DNA from: Massalongia carnosa
Lineage: Eukaryota
Length of the DNA stretch: 64,000 nt
NCBI GenBank assembly: GCA_965645245.1
Contig: OZ287071.1
Location: 1,178,001 to 1,242,000 of the forward strand
Direction: 5' to 3'
Of the stretch, positions 24,802 to 39,874 are shown one piece after another. A program made the position numbers and the translations under genes. The stretch's first letter is position 1; each line of letters begins with the position of its first letter. Under the pieces are notes generated by a model that did no database searches, was not told the origin of the DNA, and saw only the letters and a program-made list of their open reading frames with translations.

Positions 24802-27800
24802 GAGAGTTATGGGGGGTGGTTCATTTTGAATCAACATATCAATAGAAGGGGATGGGAGGTATGATTCAGCAAATAGCTTCGGTTTCAGCGATGGGGAAAA
24901 TTGGAAAAGGCGGCAGCTTTTCACGAGCATGAAATGCAATTCGGAGCCTTGGAATGATTGTTTACTAGATTTGCCTCGCGATGTCGTCAAGGGAATTTGA
25001 TGATTTACAATAAAAAAACAAACCCACTCGTAATATTTAGCTGTGTAGAGATTTTTGGAATCCCAATCTACTTAGGTATCAGCACAGGAGGGCGAAAAGG
25101 AGAAATTTGGCTCGGAGATCGGGACGGAACCGATAGGGACACCGATTTCACAAGAACATGCTTTTATTAACAATCATTGTCGTGCGCTGAGCAATTTACG
25201 AACGTCACCAAAGGAAATCGGTCTTCTTGAGAGCTTAGACTACTCTCTGTCTCTATCTCTCTCTCTCTCTCTCTTCTACGCAGTTTACTTAGGAGATGTC
25301 GACAATAACAAGCCCGCGCTCCCGGGAAAAAGATAGTTACAACGAGCTAGAAGTTTCCTGAACCAACAACGGATACTCTGATATCGTTGCGCCCTTGCCG
25401 CGTTACATGGCTGCTTCGATTATAGTTCTCTTTAATGTTTTTAGTATATAGATTTCTTCTTCTTCTTCTTCTTCGCTCGCTCGCTTGATTGCTTGACTGC
25501 TTCTTTATTTCCACAAGTCCATTTGGCCTGTTCCCAGAGGCTTCTTGATCCGTTTTATTGCTAGCATTCAATTCAGTCGAGGATTCATTCCCCCCCAAAA
25601 AGATTGCCATGCTCGCACCCAAAGGTGGCACTCTTGGTTTGCACGAGGATTCTGCCCCAGCTCGCGCTGTGAAAGGAAGCCCTTTGCGAGTGTCGGCGTC
25701 AAACGTCGGCATGCAAGACGCGCCCGAGCTCAACATGAAAATTATCGCACGGAAAGGACGATTTCGGAGCCGACCTCAAGGTCAGCATTGCAGCCGCTAC
25801 CAAGGAATTGGAACTAGAGATGTGGCCCCATGCGAAGCCGAAGGCCGAGAAGACCTAGGAACATTTAGACATCTTCTTCAATCCCATCGGTGCCAAGGAG
25901 ATAGTCCGGTACGCTGGCGCCATCAAAGATGCTGGAGGACAATGCCAAGGGGGAGGCAGAAGCCGACGCTATCGAGACGGCCAAGTCGGATGAAGTTCAG
26001 GTCATTGCGGAGACAGGGTAATTTGAAGTTCAGGTGAGCAAGGCACGCAAGTGAGCGGGGACGACAAAATAGAAGAGACCTCGCCAGGGGGAGCCAAGCC
26101 GACGGAGGAAAAAGGCCGTCGCGGCAGAAGAAGCGGTTATCGACATCAGGGACGCTATCTACATCAGGTCGAATCCTCTATCTGCCAGCGGTTCTTGGCT
26201 TCTCGGGGTTGGAGTTTAGCTAGAGTGGACTCTCAACAGCATCAGCGACTTTTTTTCACCGTTCTTGAACGGCTCCATGTGGTTATCGTTGAATGAATAG
26301 ACAGATGGGATATCTTCTTCCCCTTACCGACCTGATCTCGGAATCAATTACGAGGTTTTCCATCATTATCCTTATCGTTGTTGAAAACCTCGGACTTGGC
26401 ACGAACTGGATGACCGCACCTATGTACGATGGATAAATAAGTGACAGAGTAAGTAGGTGGTCTACCGATCCATACTCGTCAACACACTCAAACCCCCGTT
26501 TTGCTAGTCTGTCATTTCGGTTGGGTTCGAAAACTAAGTTGTCATCATCATGAGATGCAGACATCATTTTCAAGAGATTCCCAGAAGCACGGGAGCCAGA
26601 TTATTCGTTCTGCCCTTCGATTGGGAACCGAAAGCTTAGGGGGGGGGGGGGAAGAGTGCATGCGGTTACTCGATTGTTTGGCCGTCTGGACTACAGCGTC
26701 GAACATCGTGCATACGTACCTACCTACCTACGCCGCACCAGTTCTTTAACTTTACTTTAACTTCATTGATACGAACTCGTCCGTCCCTGTTGGCTAATGA
26801 TACCCTACGACGTTCCTAGAATAGTTTTTTATCGAAACACGGGGTTGGTAAGAAGAGGAACTTATGGCTTATGTACAGAGCACCTTCCGAGCACCTTCCG
26901 AGTAGGTTCTCTGCACTCACTGCTCCCGCTAGGTACAGAGTAACGTTGACCGCCCTTCTTTCGTTTCCCTTGCGCTTTCCGCTCTGCGGCTGGAGACGCC
27001 TCAACTGTTGGTTGGTTGATTGGTTCATGTACCGTGAAGTATTTGTAGTACCTAGATGGGTACTCCGTGGGTTTACTCTGTATTAGGACGTACTTACGTA
27101 AGCATTTTCATCAGCCCCCAAAGTCGTTGTATGCATTGACGGTTCTTGCAAAGCAGTAGGAAGGAGAAGAAGCTCACGTATTTCCCCGTCTTCTGGCAAA
27201 TTGGTTCTCTGTAGCAACCATGCGGACGCATGCTGGACCGCTGCTCTGTAACATTAGGTTGTCGAATATCACCTGCGTAGTTAATTTGCCAGCGCAAGAA
27301 AGGAAGGGAAGAAAAAAGCCCGATGGAGAACATTCCCAAACAGAAGAAACGTCCTAACGGAAAGTGCACGAGAGGGTTCTGATGGCGAAGTTGGTTAAGA
27401 ATGAGTCGAACCGTCATGGTTTAGTTGAACATCGAGGAAGATGTGAGGAAGGTTGGTGGCATGCCGGTGGGGGAGACAGCATATGCAGAGAGTATTCTGT
27501 ACAGAGTCCTTAGGATTGGTTCTGCAACAGAATTACAAAGGACTCGAGTTACCGATTCTCTGTCCGTGGGAGTTGGGGGGATTGATATGACGCCAGAGAG
27601 AGGAAGGGAGGAAGGCGGCGACGGGGAAAGGTTTGGCCTTCATGGTCATAACTCTATATGTACGGCAAGGCACGGAGTACCTAGGTAAGTAGGGGGGATG
27701 CGGACAGGATGGGGGATTTGGAACTGGTGGTTGGGACGGAGTACTCCGTATTCTAGAAAAGGAAACATTCTGCTGTTCCGAGTAAGCTCATTATGGCTTT

Positions 27801-28139
27801 GCATCTTCTCCTGCACGAATCGCCTGCGTGTCTATAGGTTGGCTCAATTCCCCCTTTTACGGAGAGGAAAGCAAATAACTGAAAGGGGAGGGGCTGAAAG
27901 GGGAAGTCGATTGAGCCCCAGCTAGCTAGCCGGCTAGATGGATGGTCGTTGATAGGATGACGGTTTCAGCGTGTCAAACGTGCGGTTAAAGGTTTGGTAG
28001 GTTTGGGTATGTGGTTGGGTATGGCTTCATCTGTTCAAGTAACACGAGCACCAAAGGGACGGTTTCTATTCAGGAGGATTATAAGGTTGATCGGGGGTCT
28101 TCAGCCTGGGTTTGTTCGTTAAGGTAGTGCAGGTTTGGG

Positions 28140-28256
28140 AGCGTTTTGATAGGGTTAATCTGATTGGGTGTAGCGACGATCTGGGGTAATATAGGGTTAG
28201 TTGGGGATAGTTAGGGTTAGTTGGGAGTAGGGTTAGTGGTTAGTTGGGAGTAGGTT
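28140..28256 (+). repeat. Degenerate TTAGGG-like interstitial repeat
   Basis: ATAGGGTTAA, ATAGGGTTAG, TTAGGGTTAG, GTAGGGTTAG, interleaved with repeated GTTAGTTGGGAGTAGG. Confidence 0.6.
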
Positions 28257-29134
28257 CTTCCCGCTCCGAGCCAGGTGCTCCGTCTTACGCTATTAGGTCG
28301 ATTGGCCGGATGGTCTTTACTAAGTGTAGTCAAGGCATTTCCTGAAGCGACCAACCAACATCTCACATCAGCCATCCTTTTCAGCTTCATCCCTGCGCGC
28401 CATGCGATTATTGTGCATCTAGGGATGCCATCGACGAACTTTACGGCTTCACCGCATTGGCGCTAACCCTTTCATAGAGATGTCAGATATCTACAGCTTA
28501 GTGGCTGAGGTGCAGACGACAGACGAGGAAATATTACCGAATGAATGACGGGAAAACACTAGGCTGGCATGCACGGATAAAGGTTAACACGGTGTCGTTG
28601 GGGATCGAAAATCCATTGGAAACCTACTAGAAATACGGTGCTGATGCTTCATGACTGCATTATCCACCGCGCAAGCCCAACACCCCCAGGACTGTCTACT
28701 CATGCAATCGTCTGACGGGTGGCCTTTGGCCGTGCCGACCGATTTGACGTTCAGGTGCCTGAGCAGCGGTGAAGATGCTCGGACAGACTCGCTACACAGG
28801 TAAGACGCATTGCGCAACGCTCTGAATCTAGCGATTAGTTGGGGGCATAATTACTCTGTAACCGCGATTCATCTCAAACCTTCTAGCGTCATGAATGGAC
28901 GGTTCGACAGGTAACTAAGGCGAGGATATTTATATGTATACGCACAACTATGTCTTCACCAGCTTCCACGAGTCCTGTGGCAAAATAGCATCAATTGTTG
29001 TGTACATCTCACCTTTGCTCTGTTCACGATCCATCGGAAGAAAAAACATTCCAATAAAAGTCAAAGCTGTCGCTTCTTTCCGGTTAGCCCTAAGTCTTCG
29101 ACTGTCGTTGTCGAGTTCAGTCATAACCATCAAA

Positions 29135-30475
29135 ATGGAAAGGTAATTTCAACCACCGCAGGCAAGATCTAGGCGATAGCTGATGTGGAGTGCAGAACTG
29201 ATTCGTGGACGTCGAACAAAACAATCAAATTACGATCAGCTTGCGATCACTGTCATACCTCCAAGGTAAGCAACTCCGTGCGTATTTCGTCAAGGCGATT
29301 GCTGACGAGCGCGTGGGCAGGTGCGTTGCAGCGGCGAAAAGGAACGATGTAGAAGATGCCGAACCCTCAACCATCAATGTGTCTATAGCGAGTCGAGAGT
29401 GGGAAAGCTTGCTAGCATTCGAAACCGAAACAAGCGTGTCCGCACAGCGTCGGAGCAGCCGGGTTCGCTATCGCCAGCGCCATCGGAATTATCAATGCGA
29501 ACTCAAGAGTCGTCCAAGGAACCCATCCACGAGCAACCCGACTTCCCCTTGTGTGACGACTCTTTCATCGACTGGACCTACGCAAACGACTCGAACGAAG
29601 CCAGCTTCTTCGACTTCCAGGAATCCGATTCGTCGCTAGCGCACATGAGTAACCAGCCGAGCCTAAACTTTCCCCCTCCCTGCCCGTCCGACTTCGATTT
29701 CTCAGTCCCCACCCTTAACTTTAATTGCGACGGTTTGCAAACCCCGCCCCCGAGCAACGACTACGAGAACGTTCCCTCCTCGGCCTCGTACACCAAACTC
29801 ATCACCACCCTCCATCGCCAAAACTACGGACTTCTCAACCCGCCCACCCCAAAAGACTACCCTAAACTTACCTCGTTCTCCGCTCCTCCCACCCGCAGTG
29901 CCTCCCCTGCCCACTCCGACCTGCAGCCCGCCAAGTTGACCAGCCCACGCGGCTGCATCTCCGCCTGCCATGAAATCATCGAACATCTCGACTTCCAGAT
30001 CCATTCGGACCTCACTGCCCTCGGCGCCGTGATGCGCGTCAATCAAACCGCCGCGTCCGAACTCGCGCGCATCCTCTCCCTGCCGGAATGCCGCGCCTCA
30101 GCCTCGTGCCCGCTACTCATCTGCATCGCCATAGACCAGATCGTCACGCTGTTTGAGTGCAGCATCCGCTCGAACGAAGGCCTCCCAAGCGCCGCCACTC
30201 TGCACGTGCTACCCGACCTGCGCTTAGGCTTCTTCCAGGTTGACGCCAACGAAATGATTGCGCTGCGTGCGCACATCATCACCAAAGAGCTGCGGCGTAG
30301 CTTGCAAGTGCTCGACACGCTGGCCCAGGCTCTGCGCAACCCAGCGCTGCGGAGCGTGCCGAGCGTGGGTTTGCATAAGCAGTGGGCGGCCGATATGACG
30401 CAGCGGCTTGGGGGCTTGGTGAACGCTGTGGGGGGGTGGAAGAGAGATTGTATCGCTGGGTTAGGAAAGGGTTAG
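29135..30475 (+). CDS. Zn(II)2Cys6 transcription factor, AflR-like architecture; exons 29135-29142, 29196-29265, 29321-30475
   Basis: Spliced [36 protein letters not shown] binuclear cluster, an S/P-rich linker and a helical Cys-containing C-terminal domain. Confidence 0.92.
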
Positions 30476-30870
30476 GGGAGAGGGTGGCGGAGTGAGCGGA
30501 AGCTGGCTTTGATTTTGGGTTACGCCATGCATTTTCATGCGAAAGATATCCCTGTTTGTTTAAGTTTCCTCTTGGTAGGATTCTTTCCGTTCTGTTCTGC
30601 AGCGGTTTCCATCTCTATCTGTCTACCTATCTGCACCTAGCATCCAAGCATCAGCATCGCCGGCAATTTTGCATTCCCCGAGCTGCGTACTCGCGTCTGG
30701 GGGGAGGGGGGGGTTCTATGTACATTTCTGGTGAATCACTATGGTTCAATTGGATTTCTAGATGCACTATTCTGTGCTTGCACTTGCACTATGAATAGAT
30801 ATATCAAAGAGTCGCGCGAGTGCGAATACCTACGGACTTTGAATCATCCTGGCGTTTCGGTTTTTTGTTT

Positions 30871-32110
30871 GGGGGGGGGGGGGGGGGGAGGGAGGTGATT
30901 TTAGGATTTATATATGGATGGATGGATAAGTCGGTAGATAGGGTGGTGAGGAGGAGGTTAGGTACGAATCGGGAAATTCTGCTGATGACGATGACGATGA
31001 CGATGACGGACGGACGGACGGAGTTTGTCTGGTTCTGGTTCTGTAGAAAGGGGGGGGAATAGGGTTGATTTGAATTGGTACCGTAGGTAGGAGGAGGAGG
31101 AGGTATACAGATGTATTGCTTTTTCTTTCTTTCTTTCTCCCTGTCGTCCATCATTTTCCCTTTTCCGACCCCCTTCCTGCCTGTTCTGAATACCGAATAA
31201 CCATGAAATAGATATATCGTTTCTCTCTCGTGGGGTTGTTATGTTCCAGATACTTTTACCTGGTATCATTTTTTTATTTATTTTTCTTTATCTTTTCCTC
31301 CCAATCAGAGAGGGGAAGAGAAAAGAAGAAAGATCGAAGACGTTGATAAAACGAAAAGAGCCTACATATATACTTACTTACTGTAAGCAAGGTTTGAATC
31401 AATGCCCGTCGCGCATCTATACCTAGCTGTGTATGTATGAAAAAGGGAAAAGAAAGAAAGAAAACCGCCAACCCCCTTTATCTAAGAAAGAGTAGTCCCG
31501 CCTCATGCGGAAAAGGAAAGGGGGGGAGGTTAAAATGCACTCTTACTCTCTTTCACTTCTTTCCTTCTATTTGACTTCTGCTACCTCGCCCATTCCCGGT
31601 GCAGCATCCTCGTCGTCGTCCACTCATTCGTACATTCACCCTTTCCAAACATATATGTACAATACAATACATAGGTACCTACTACTACTACTACTACTAC
31701 TGTACACGCATTTTCCCTTTCCGTAACCCCTTCCCCCTTTTCTTTCTCTCTCTTTTCTCCTTCCTCCTCCTCTTTCCCCTCCAAAAAAAATAAATAACAA
31801 ACATTCATTCATTCATTCATTCATTCAAACCATTCAACCCGCCACCCAAAGCTAAACATCTTGCTACATCTTCCTCCACCAGAGACAACTAACTATATAT
31901 CCATACAATGTATCACACAGGCATAGGTACACACAACTACGAAATCTACGAAATCCGGTTCTTCTTCCTTTCTTTCTTTAACTCTGTATCACCCACCCAT
32001 CCACCCACCTCGCCCTAACCCCCTTCTGCATCCCTCGTGCCGTTCTACCTTCTGGTTCCCATATTCGTGAACACCCCGTACGTGTATGCATGCATGTATG
32101 TATATGTATG
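30871..32110. repeat. Microsatellite/low-complexity tract
   Basis: G18 at 30871-30888, (GATGAC)n at ~30984-31008, (TAC)n at ~31680-31700, (CATT)6 at ~31802-31825, (ATGT/ATGC)n at ~32085-32110. Confidence 0.9.
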
Positions 32111-32929
32111 TACGCCTGCGCTCGTTTGTTGATCCCCTTTGGCTTACTCCACCGCCTAGCTATTTGTTCGTCATCGACATTCCGTTTCGGGGTCTGATCT
32201 AGCTCTTCTGAAAAAAACAGAATGAAAACACAACACTATTGCATCGATAGACAATCTCTTCTCAATAGTTCCTAGCACCACTAGGGGGAAAAAGAACATG
32301 ACTTTTTTCCGGTAAAGGAAAAGAGAATGAATAGAGCAAAATCAAAAACCCCAAGGTTCTCGAGATCTTGAGAAGAGATAGCGCTGATCTGCTATCACGG
32401 TTCATCCATAGAGAGAGATCTACAAAGCCCGCAGCCTTGGATGTATTCCTCTTCCCTCCAGCCAAGATCCCCTGAAGCGCTATATGTAATCTGAATTTCT
32501 TTCCCCTCTCCCGCCCACCGCCCACCGCCCACCACCCTCCCCCCCCCCAAAATCCTCACTCCAAACCTCCAGCAAATCGCCTTACAATAAAATAAACACA
32601 CGTAAAACCAACGAGCAAACAAGCCACCCCTTCCAATTCCCTTCCCTTTCCTTCCCTCCCATATATCCAACCCAAACCCGGAACCCCAATCCAAAGCCAA
32701 GTCCGAGCCCAAGCCCAGCCGCTGAATAACCCTGGGGATCGATAGGCGAAGAAGATAAGCAATGCCAACCTCCCTTATAGCTACAGTTGAGGAAAAGTCG
32801 ACAGGCAAGAACCCCACACCCTCAGCCGCATAAAGAACACTGCTCTTTCGCTTTCCTGTCGCCGTTCCTCTTCGCTCAATGATCAGTCCACGAAACGTCA
32901 ACATTCTTTCTCTTATCATCATCACATCA

Positions 32930-35303
32930 TCATAACTCCTCCTCGGTTCCCTCGTCGCCTTCCCCTTCCCCATCCACCTCGGTGTCGACATCCATGCCGC
33001 TGTCTTCGTCCGCGCCACTGTCTTCAGCCTGCTCGTCATCCCTGCTTTCACCCAAAAGATCCAGGTCAAGATCGTCGAGCCCTTCCTCCCTTCTCTCCGC
33101 GCCCTCGCGACTCCTATCGGTTGGCCTTATCCTTAGCCGGCCCTCTCCGGCGCTATAGCCGGCATGCGTTTTGTTTCGCTTCCGAGTCGAGCGCTCCCTG
33201 GCGTCACGGCCGGGATACACCTCTGGTTTCCGCTTGCGCTTCCTGTACCCCTTGACCAGTCCCCCCAACGAACCCCCGACCTCGTCCCTCATCAGCCTTC
33301 GCACGGCGCGATCGATGCTCTTCTTCTGCCGAAGCGCCTCTTCGCCAAAGTCTTCATCCTCGTCGGAGTTCGGCACCAAGCCGCCCGGTCCCCACGCCTG
33401 GTCGTGCTCGGTGTCATAACCGTCCGCGAGTTGCTTGATGCGTTTCATGGCTGTGAAGCCAAACGAGGTGCTCTTCCTTCGCTTCTGTTTCCGAATTATC
33501 GAGTGTTGGGATACCATTTGGCGGTGTAGAATATGCTCGATGCGCATCTTGCGATTGATGTTCACCGCTTTCTGGTGCGAGGTTTCGGGACGCGGACGGC
33601 GTTGATTGATACCACTCAAGTTGTTGGCATGTAATATTGGATGAGCCGCGCCAGGGGGTGCTGGAGTCACAGGGTCGGATCGATGTTCCAAACGCGATTT
33701 ATGTGCGGAAGAACGAAGATTAGCCGACGTTGGGTTCTTGGAATATCTTTCATCGGCGGTGTTCGCTGCCCAATACCGTTCTTCCGTGCTATCCTCATAG
33801 ATGGCGTTGGTGCTAGAGATGTGGCTGTCGAGACCGGCTTTCATGGGGCGGTATCGGCGTTCTTCGACTGGGGATGGGGAAGGTGTGTGGTCTGTTTCTG
33901 AGGAGTTCATCTGGCCGACGTTGTCGTGGCCAGGAAGTTGATCTATTATGCCGTTAGTATTGTAGACGCGAGATGAGTGTCGTGGCGTAATGTGACGAAT
34001 AATGTTATGTTGTGACTCACTTCTCTTTCCCTTCTTCATCGGCGGCCCAATCGACTCGTCTACTTCGAGTATTCGCTTCCTCTCCAGCCTCTTCATCTCC
34101 CCGTACGCTTTTTCGGGCTCCGTGTCCACATTCTCTGCATTCGCTTGCTCCTCCGTCAAGTGTTCGAAGGGAGGCACCTTCAGCGGTAGTCCACCTGTCG
34201 CATCTCCATGCTGCCCTGGCCCAAACGGATTATTCTCTGCCGCATGACCGGAGAAATCGCTCTCGAGATAATACCAAATAAGCCATAGGAAAGCCTTTGC
34301 GCGACTTCTACTGCTCAAGGTGGCGCGCATGACCAGATCGTAAAAGTCTCTAGGGGGGACGAAGTGCGTTTCGGAGATTTTAAGGGCATATTGTGAGAGC
34401 ACGAAGATCAGATTTACGGGATTGGTTCGGGGGATAGGGAATGCCTTGATTTTTTCAATCGTGCTAGGCTGGTGCGAGTCCTCCGAGGCCCCTTTGAGGA
34501 TCGACTTGAGACGAGGGGCGTCTTGTAGCTGTTTATACGAATTTGGGTCTTGTTGAGCTTGGAGAGAAGGTATGGAGTGATACGTCCGAAGTTGAGCGCG
34601 CATTTCAGGGAAAACTGCAGTCAACTGTCAGCCTTCGCCCCTGACTGAATTCACGTTGGTGTTCCTCACAATTCAAGGTCGTGTTCATTCTGCCGACGTT
34701 GACCAACAAACAGACCATTGCCATATTTAACGCCGCTCCGCGATCTGACAGAAGCTTATCCTTGAGGATTTTGCTCGTCTTACTGCTCCTGGCCATCGAG
34801 TCAATATAAATGTCCGCAAATGTATGGCCCTTGGTACCATCCGAGGCTTTGGTGAAGACCGGGGCCGGATCTTCGAACACGGCGCGCAGAAACGAAAACT
34901 GTATGTCTCTTCGCCACAGGGGGATTCCGTCATCCTTTTTCAAATGTCTAATCTTATTTCCCGAGTATACCGAGCCTATGGTACCGTTCGCATTGCGCCG
35001 CGTATGGGCTACAGTCATGGTATGCGACGGGTTGACCTCCGCCGCTCGAGTGTACGAGTCATTCTGCACGCTGCCTTCGTCTTCTGTATATTCCCTTCCA
35101 CCTTCTTGGATCCAAATCATGGTGTTTTTGTGCTGCGTTATCGGTTTCGGTAGTGTGGGAGAGCCCAGCGCCGGCTGGAGCCTTGGGGGAGGATCGTTGG
35201 TACCCAGTACATGTTGCAAACTCTGTCGTGGGTCGGGCTCGTCGTATCGCACCGGTGGGGAGATACGGGTAGCTGAGCGCCTGTGTTCGGAATGCTCCTC
35301 CAT
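32930..35303 (-). CDS. IES1: INO80 complex subunit Ies1; introns 34615-34669 and 33943-34020; start codon tentative
   Basis: GSVYSGNKIRHLKKDDGIPLWRRDIQ, SSKTSKILKDKL, AMVCLLVNVGRMNTTLNFFPEMRAQLRTYHSIPSLQ, YKQLQDAPRLKSILK, RAKAFLWLIWYYLE. Confidence 0.9.
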
Positions 35304-37043
35304 ACCTAAGGCGGGCAACGTGCGAATATGTCTGACGATTACGAGTGCAAATATTTTCTATGCCTGAGGGCGGAGAACTAGCACTCCAAGCAACACATGC
35401 AGCCACAATTGCTACGGGCGACGTCTTGAAGGCGTCATCGTGGCCTTCGGGGTGGGTTGTGAGTGCACGAAAATCGTCCGGATGATGTGCTGCTCCCACA
35501 GGAACTTCACCGAGGGATCCTCATAGATAGGAACGGAAACTGAGATGGAACGACTCATTGGATCAAGGAGTACATCTAGAGGGATGGTAGTTACGGTTTT
35601 CCCAAGGTGGCACGATGGGTAATCGATGATCCTGAACCAACTAGCTTGAGTAAGAGTTTTATCACGGGCCGTGGAATCGTATCGGGATTTTTATTTATTA
35701 TTACGTTAACATGGAATAACTGGGGACAATGGGTGCTCTGTATAACAGGGATGATTTAGCATTTCCCTCCGGGGGGGTACTCGTATTGGATCGAACTCAC
35801 TTTACTTCACTTCACACGTGACTCTCCATGCCTGAACGCTTGGTCCATGCATTATCTCGTTTACGTCCTCGATATGACTGCCCAATCCAGTAAGTCAAAC
35901 ACCCCCCCCTAGTCTCACAGCCTTTATCTCTTCTTGCGAACATCACCGGAATACTCCATGGGATGAGCATGTAGCAGTGGTTATATTTTTAATAGCCTTG
36001 TGCCCCAACGTTTTCGGGTTTTCTATTTTAATCAATCACGTCATGCATCATGGTCACACAGTCAAGCATCTCATCAATCCGCATCGGCAGTGGGGAAGCA
36101 ACTGATGCCAGCCTTTGAATAGTTATTGTGAAAGTTACTTTTTTTGGTAGCGCCTTGGTCTTTGGATCATTAAGTCCTGTGATCATCAAAGGCGTTCGTC
36201 TCGAGCACGTGTTCGGTAAGGTGACTGGACCTCCCCCGATGCCCCTTGAGCAACCCCTAAGACCGCATGCCGCAATCTTTGATCCCTTGCCAGGTATCAG
36301 TGATTGCGTTGCGTATAGTCCATGATGAACGCCAGATGCAAACCAGATGCTCGTCTATCGCTATGAAGCCCTGGACACCTCATCCTTCGTGAAATGCAAA
36401 GGCGTTCATGCACATGTACATGATCGAAGAAAGAATCCATAGACCGAGGCTGCCTGGTATTTTGCTGTGAAAAAAGAAACAGATTCGAAGTGAAAATCGA
36501 GCTCGTAGAAGCACTGCTGAAACCGCTAAGACGAAGGAATCTAAGTCGAGACCACGAAGCCTGCTGTGTGGCAAATGTAACCCCAAACGCCTGGTATGGA
36601 GGAACGAGGATCGCACTAGATCTTTCTCAGATCAACGTCCATGTTGGCCAACAAGATGGACAAACGGCCTCCTGTGGAGTGCTTAAGACCTGCGGTTGAG
36701 GGTCCAGCAAAAAGATCCAGACCAGGTATGATGGGGTATAAAGTCAACGCTATCTATAGTATGATTATCGACAAGCGCAGTGCATTCGCCTTGTCAGTGT
36801 ATGTTGATGAGAGCTCCACAAGGGTGTGGGAGGTTCAATTCCAACGTGTCGAGCGAGAAGGAAAAAATCGAGTTTCAAAATGGAGCGAGTAGAAATGGAC
36901 CTTAGAGAGATTAATGCGAATGCCGAATCGAGAGTCGTCAAGGTGGAGCAGGCAGTAAACGAGGCCGAATCCGCTGGGGTGAATGATGAATCGCTCAGGA
37001 ATCCAACATTGGTGAAAAGGGCCGTCAAAGTAATCCTAACGGA

Positions 37044-39213
<2,170 letters not shown>

Positions 39214-39874
39214 GTTGGTATATTCACTTGGAAATTCGTGTTTGATTACTAAGACTGAGAGTAAATTAAGTGTCAGTTGGGATTTCTAAGCATGCCGATA
39301 AGAACACATCCGCTTAAATATAAGTCCAAAGTGAGGGGTATTGTTACTAACTGGTGATGATGTGTTTACTGAGCCTATGGCGATATCCGCAAGCCTCAAC
39401 GGTGAATTAGAGTACGCTTGGTAACGCCAAAGACGTCCGAGACCGCTGAAAGTAAAGAGTCTAATCTTCTTTGCCTTTCTAGCTTAATCGAAGGGAAAGG
39501 AATAATGGAGTCAAGAACAACTCAGTTCAAGAGACAGAGTGATCTGTCAAGTTCGTGGCTGGAGTGAGGAGAAGAGATAATAAGGTGGAGGGGATGTGAG
39601 GGAAGACTTTTGAGACAAAAATTTCCTCGGATGTTATTCACCTTTAGCGAATGCACGCTAGCGATAAATTTCAGCCCTGTTGGATATACCAGGATGGTGC
39701 ATAATCTTGTGTCCCGTCGACGAAAGATACGAGAGTACTCTGTACTCGGTGGAAAGTAAATTATACCAATGATCTACCTAAGATTCAATCAAATATATCA
39801 CTAGCCTAGAAACAGGACGAAGAGAGAGAGAACCCAAACATGGCAATTATGCAATGCTTTTTCCTCCATCAGTT

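Noticed and set aside
26700..28260. Telomerase RNA gene, given the minus-strand CTAACCCTAAC
   Set aside because: The motif is one of several degenerate repeats, and I saw no pseudoknot or CR4/5-like structure. A covariance-model search would settle it.
30556..32900. ORFs between the Zn2Cys6 gene and IES1
   Set aside because: They derive from microsatellites and homopolymers in convergent 3' regions.
35306..35560. Extra upstream IES1 coding exon through a GC-AG intron
   Set aside because: The frame that would join has no ATG before an upstream stop, so ATG 35303 was kept as the tentative start.
36322..36410. ATGATGA plus a 9-bp stem as a C/D snoRNA
   Set aside because: No correctly placed D box and no recognisable rRNA guide.
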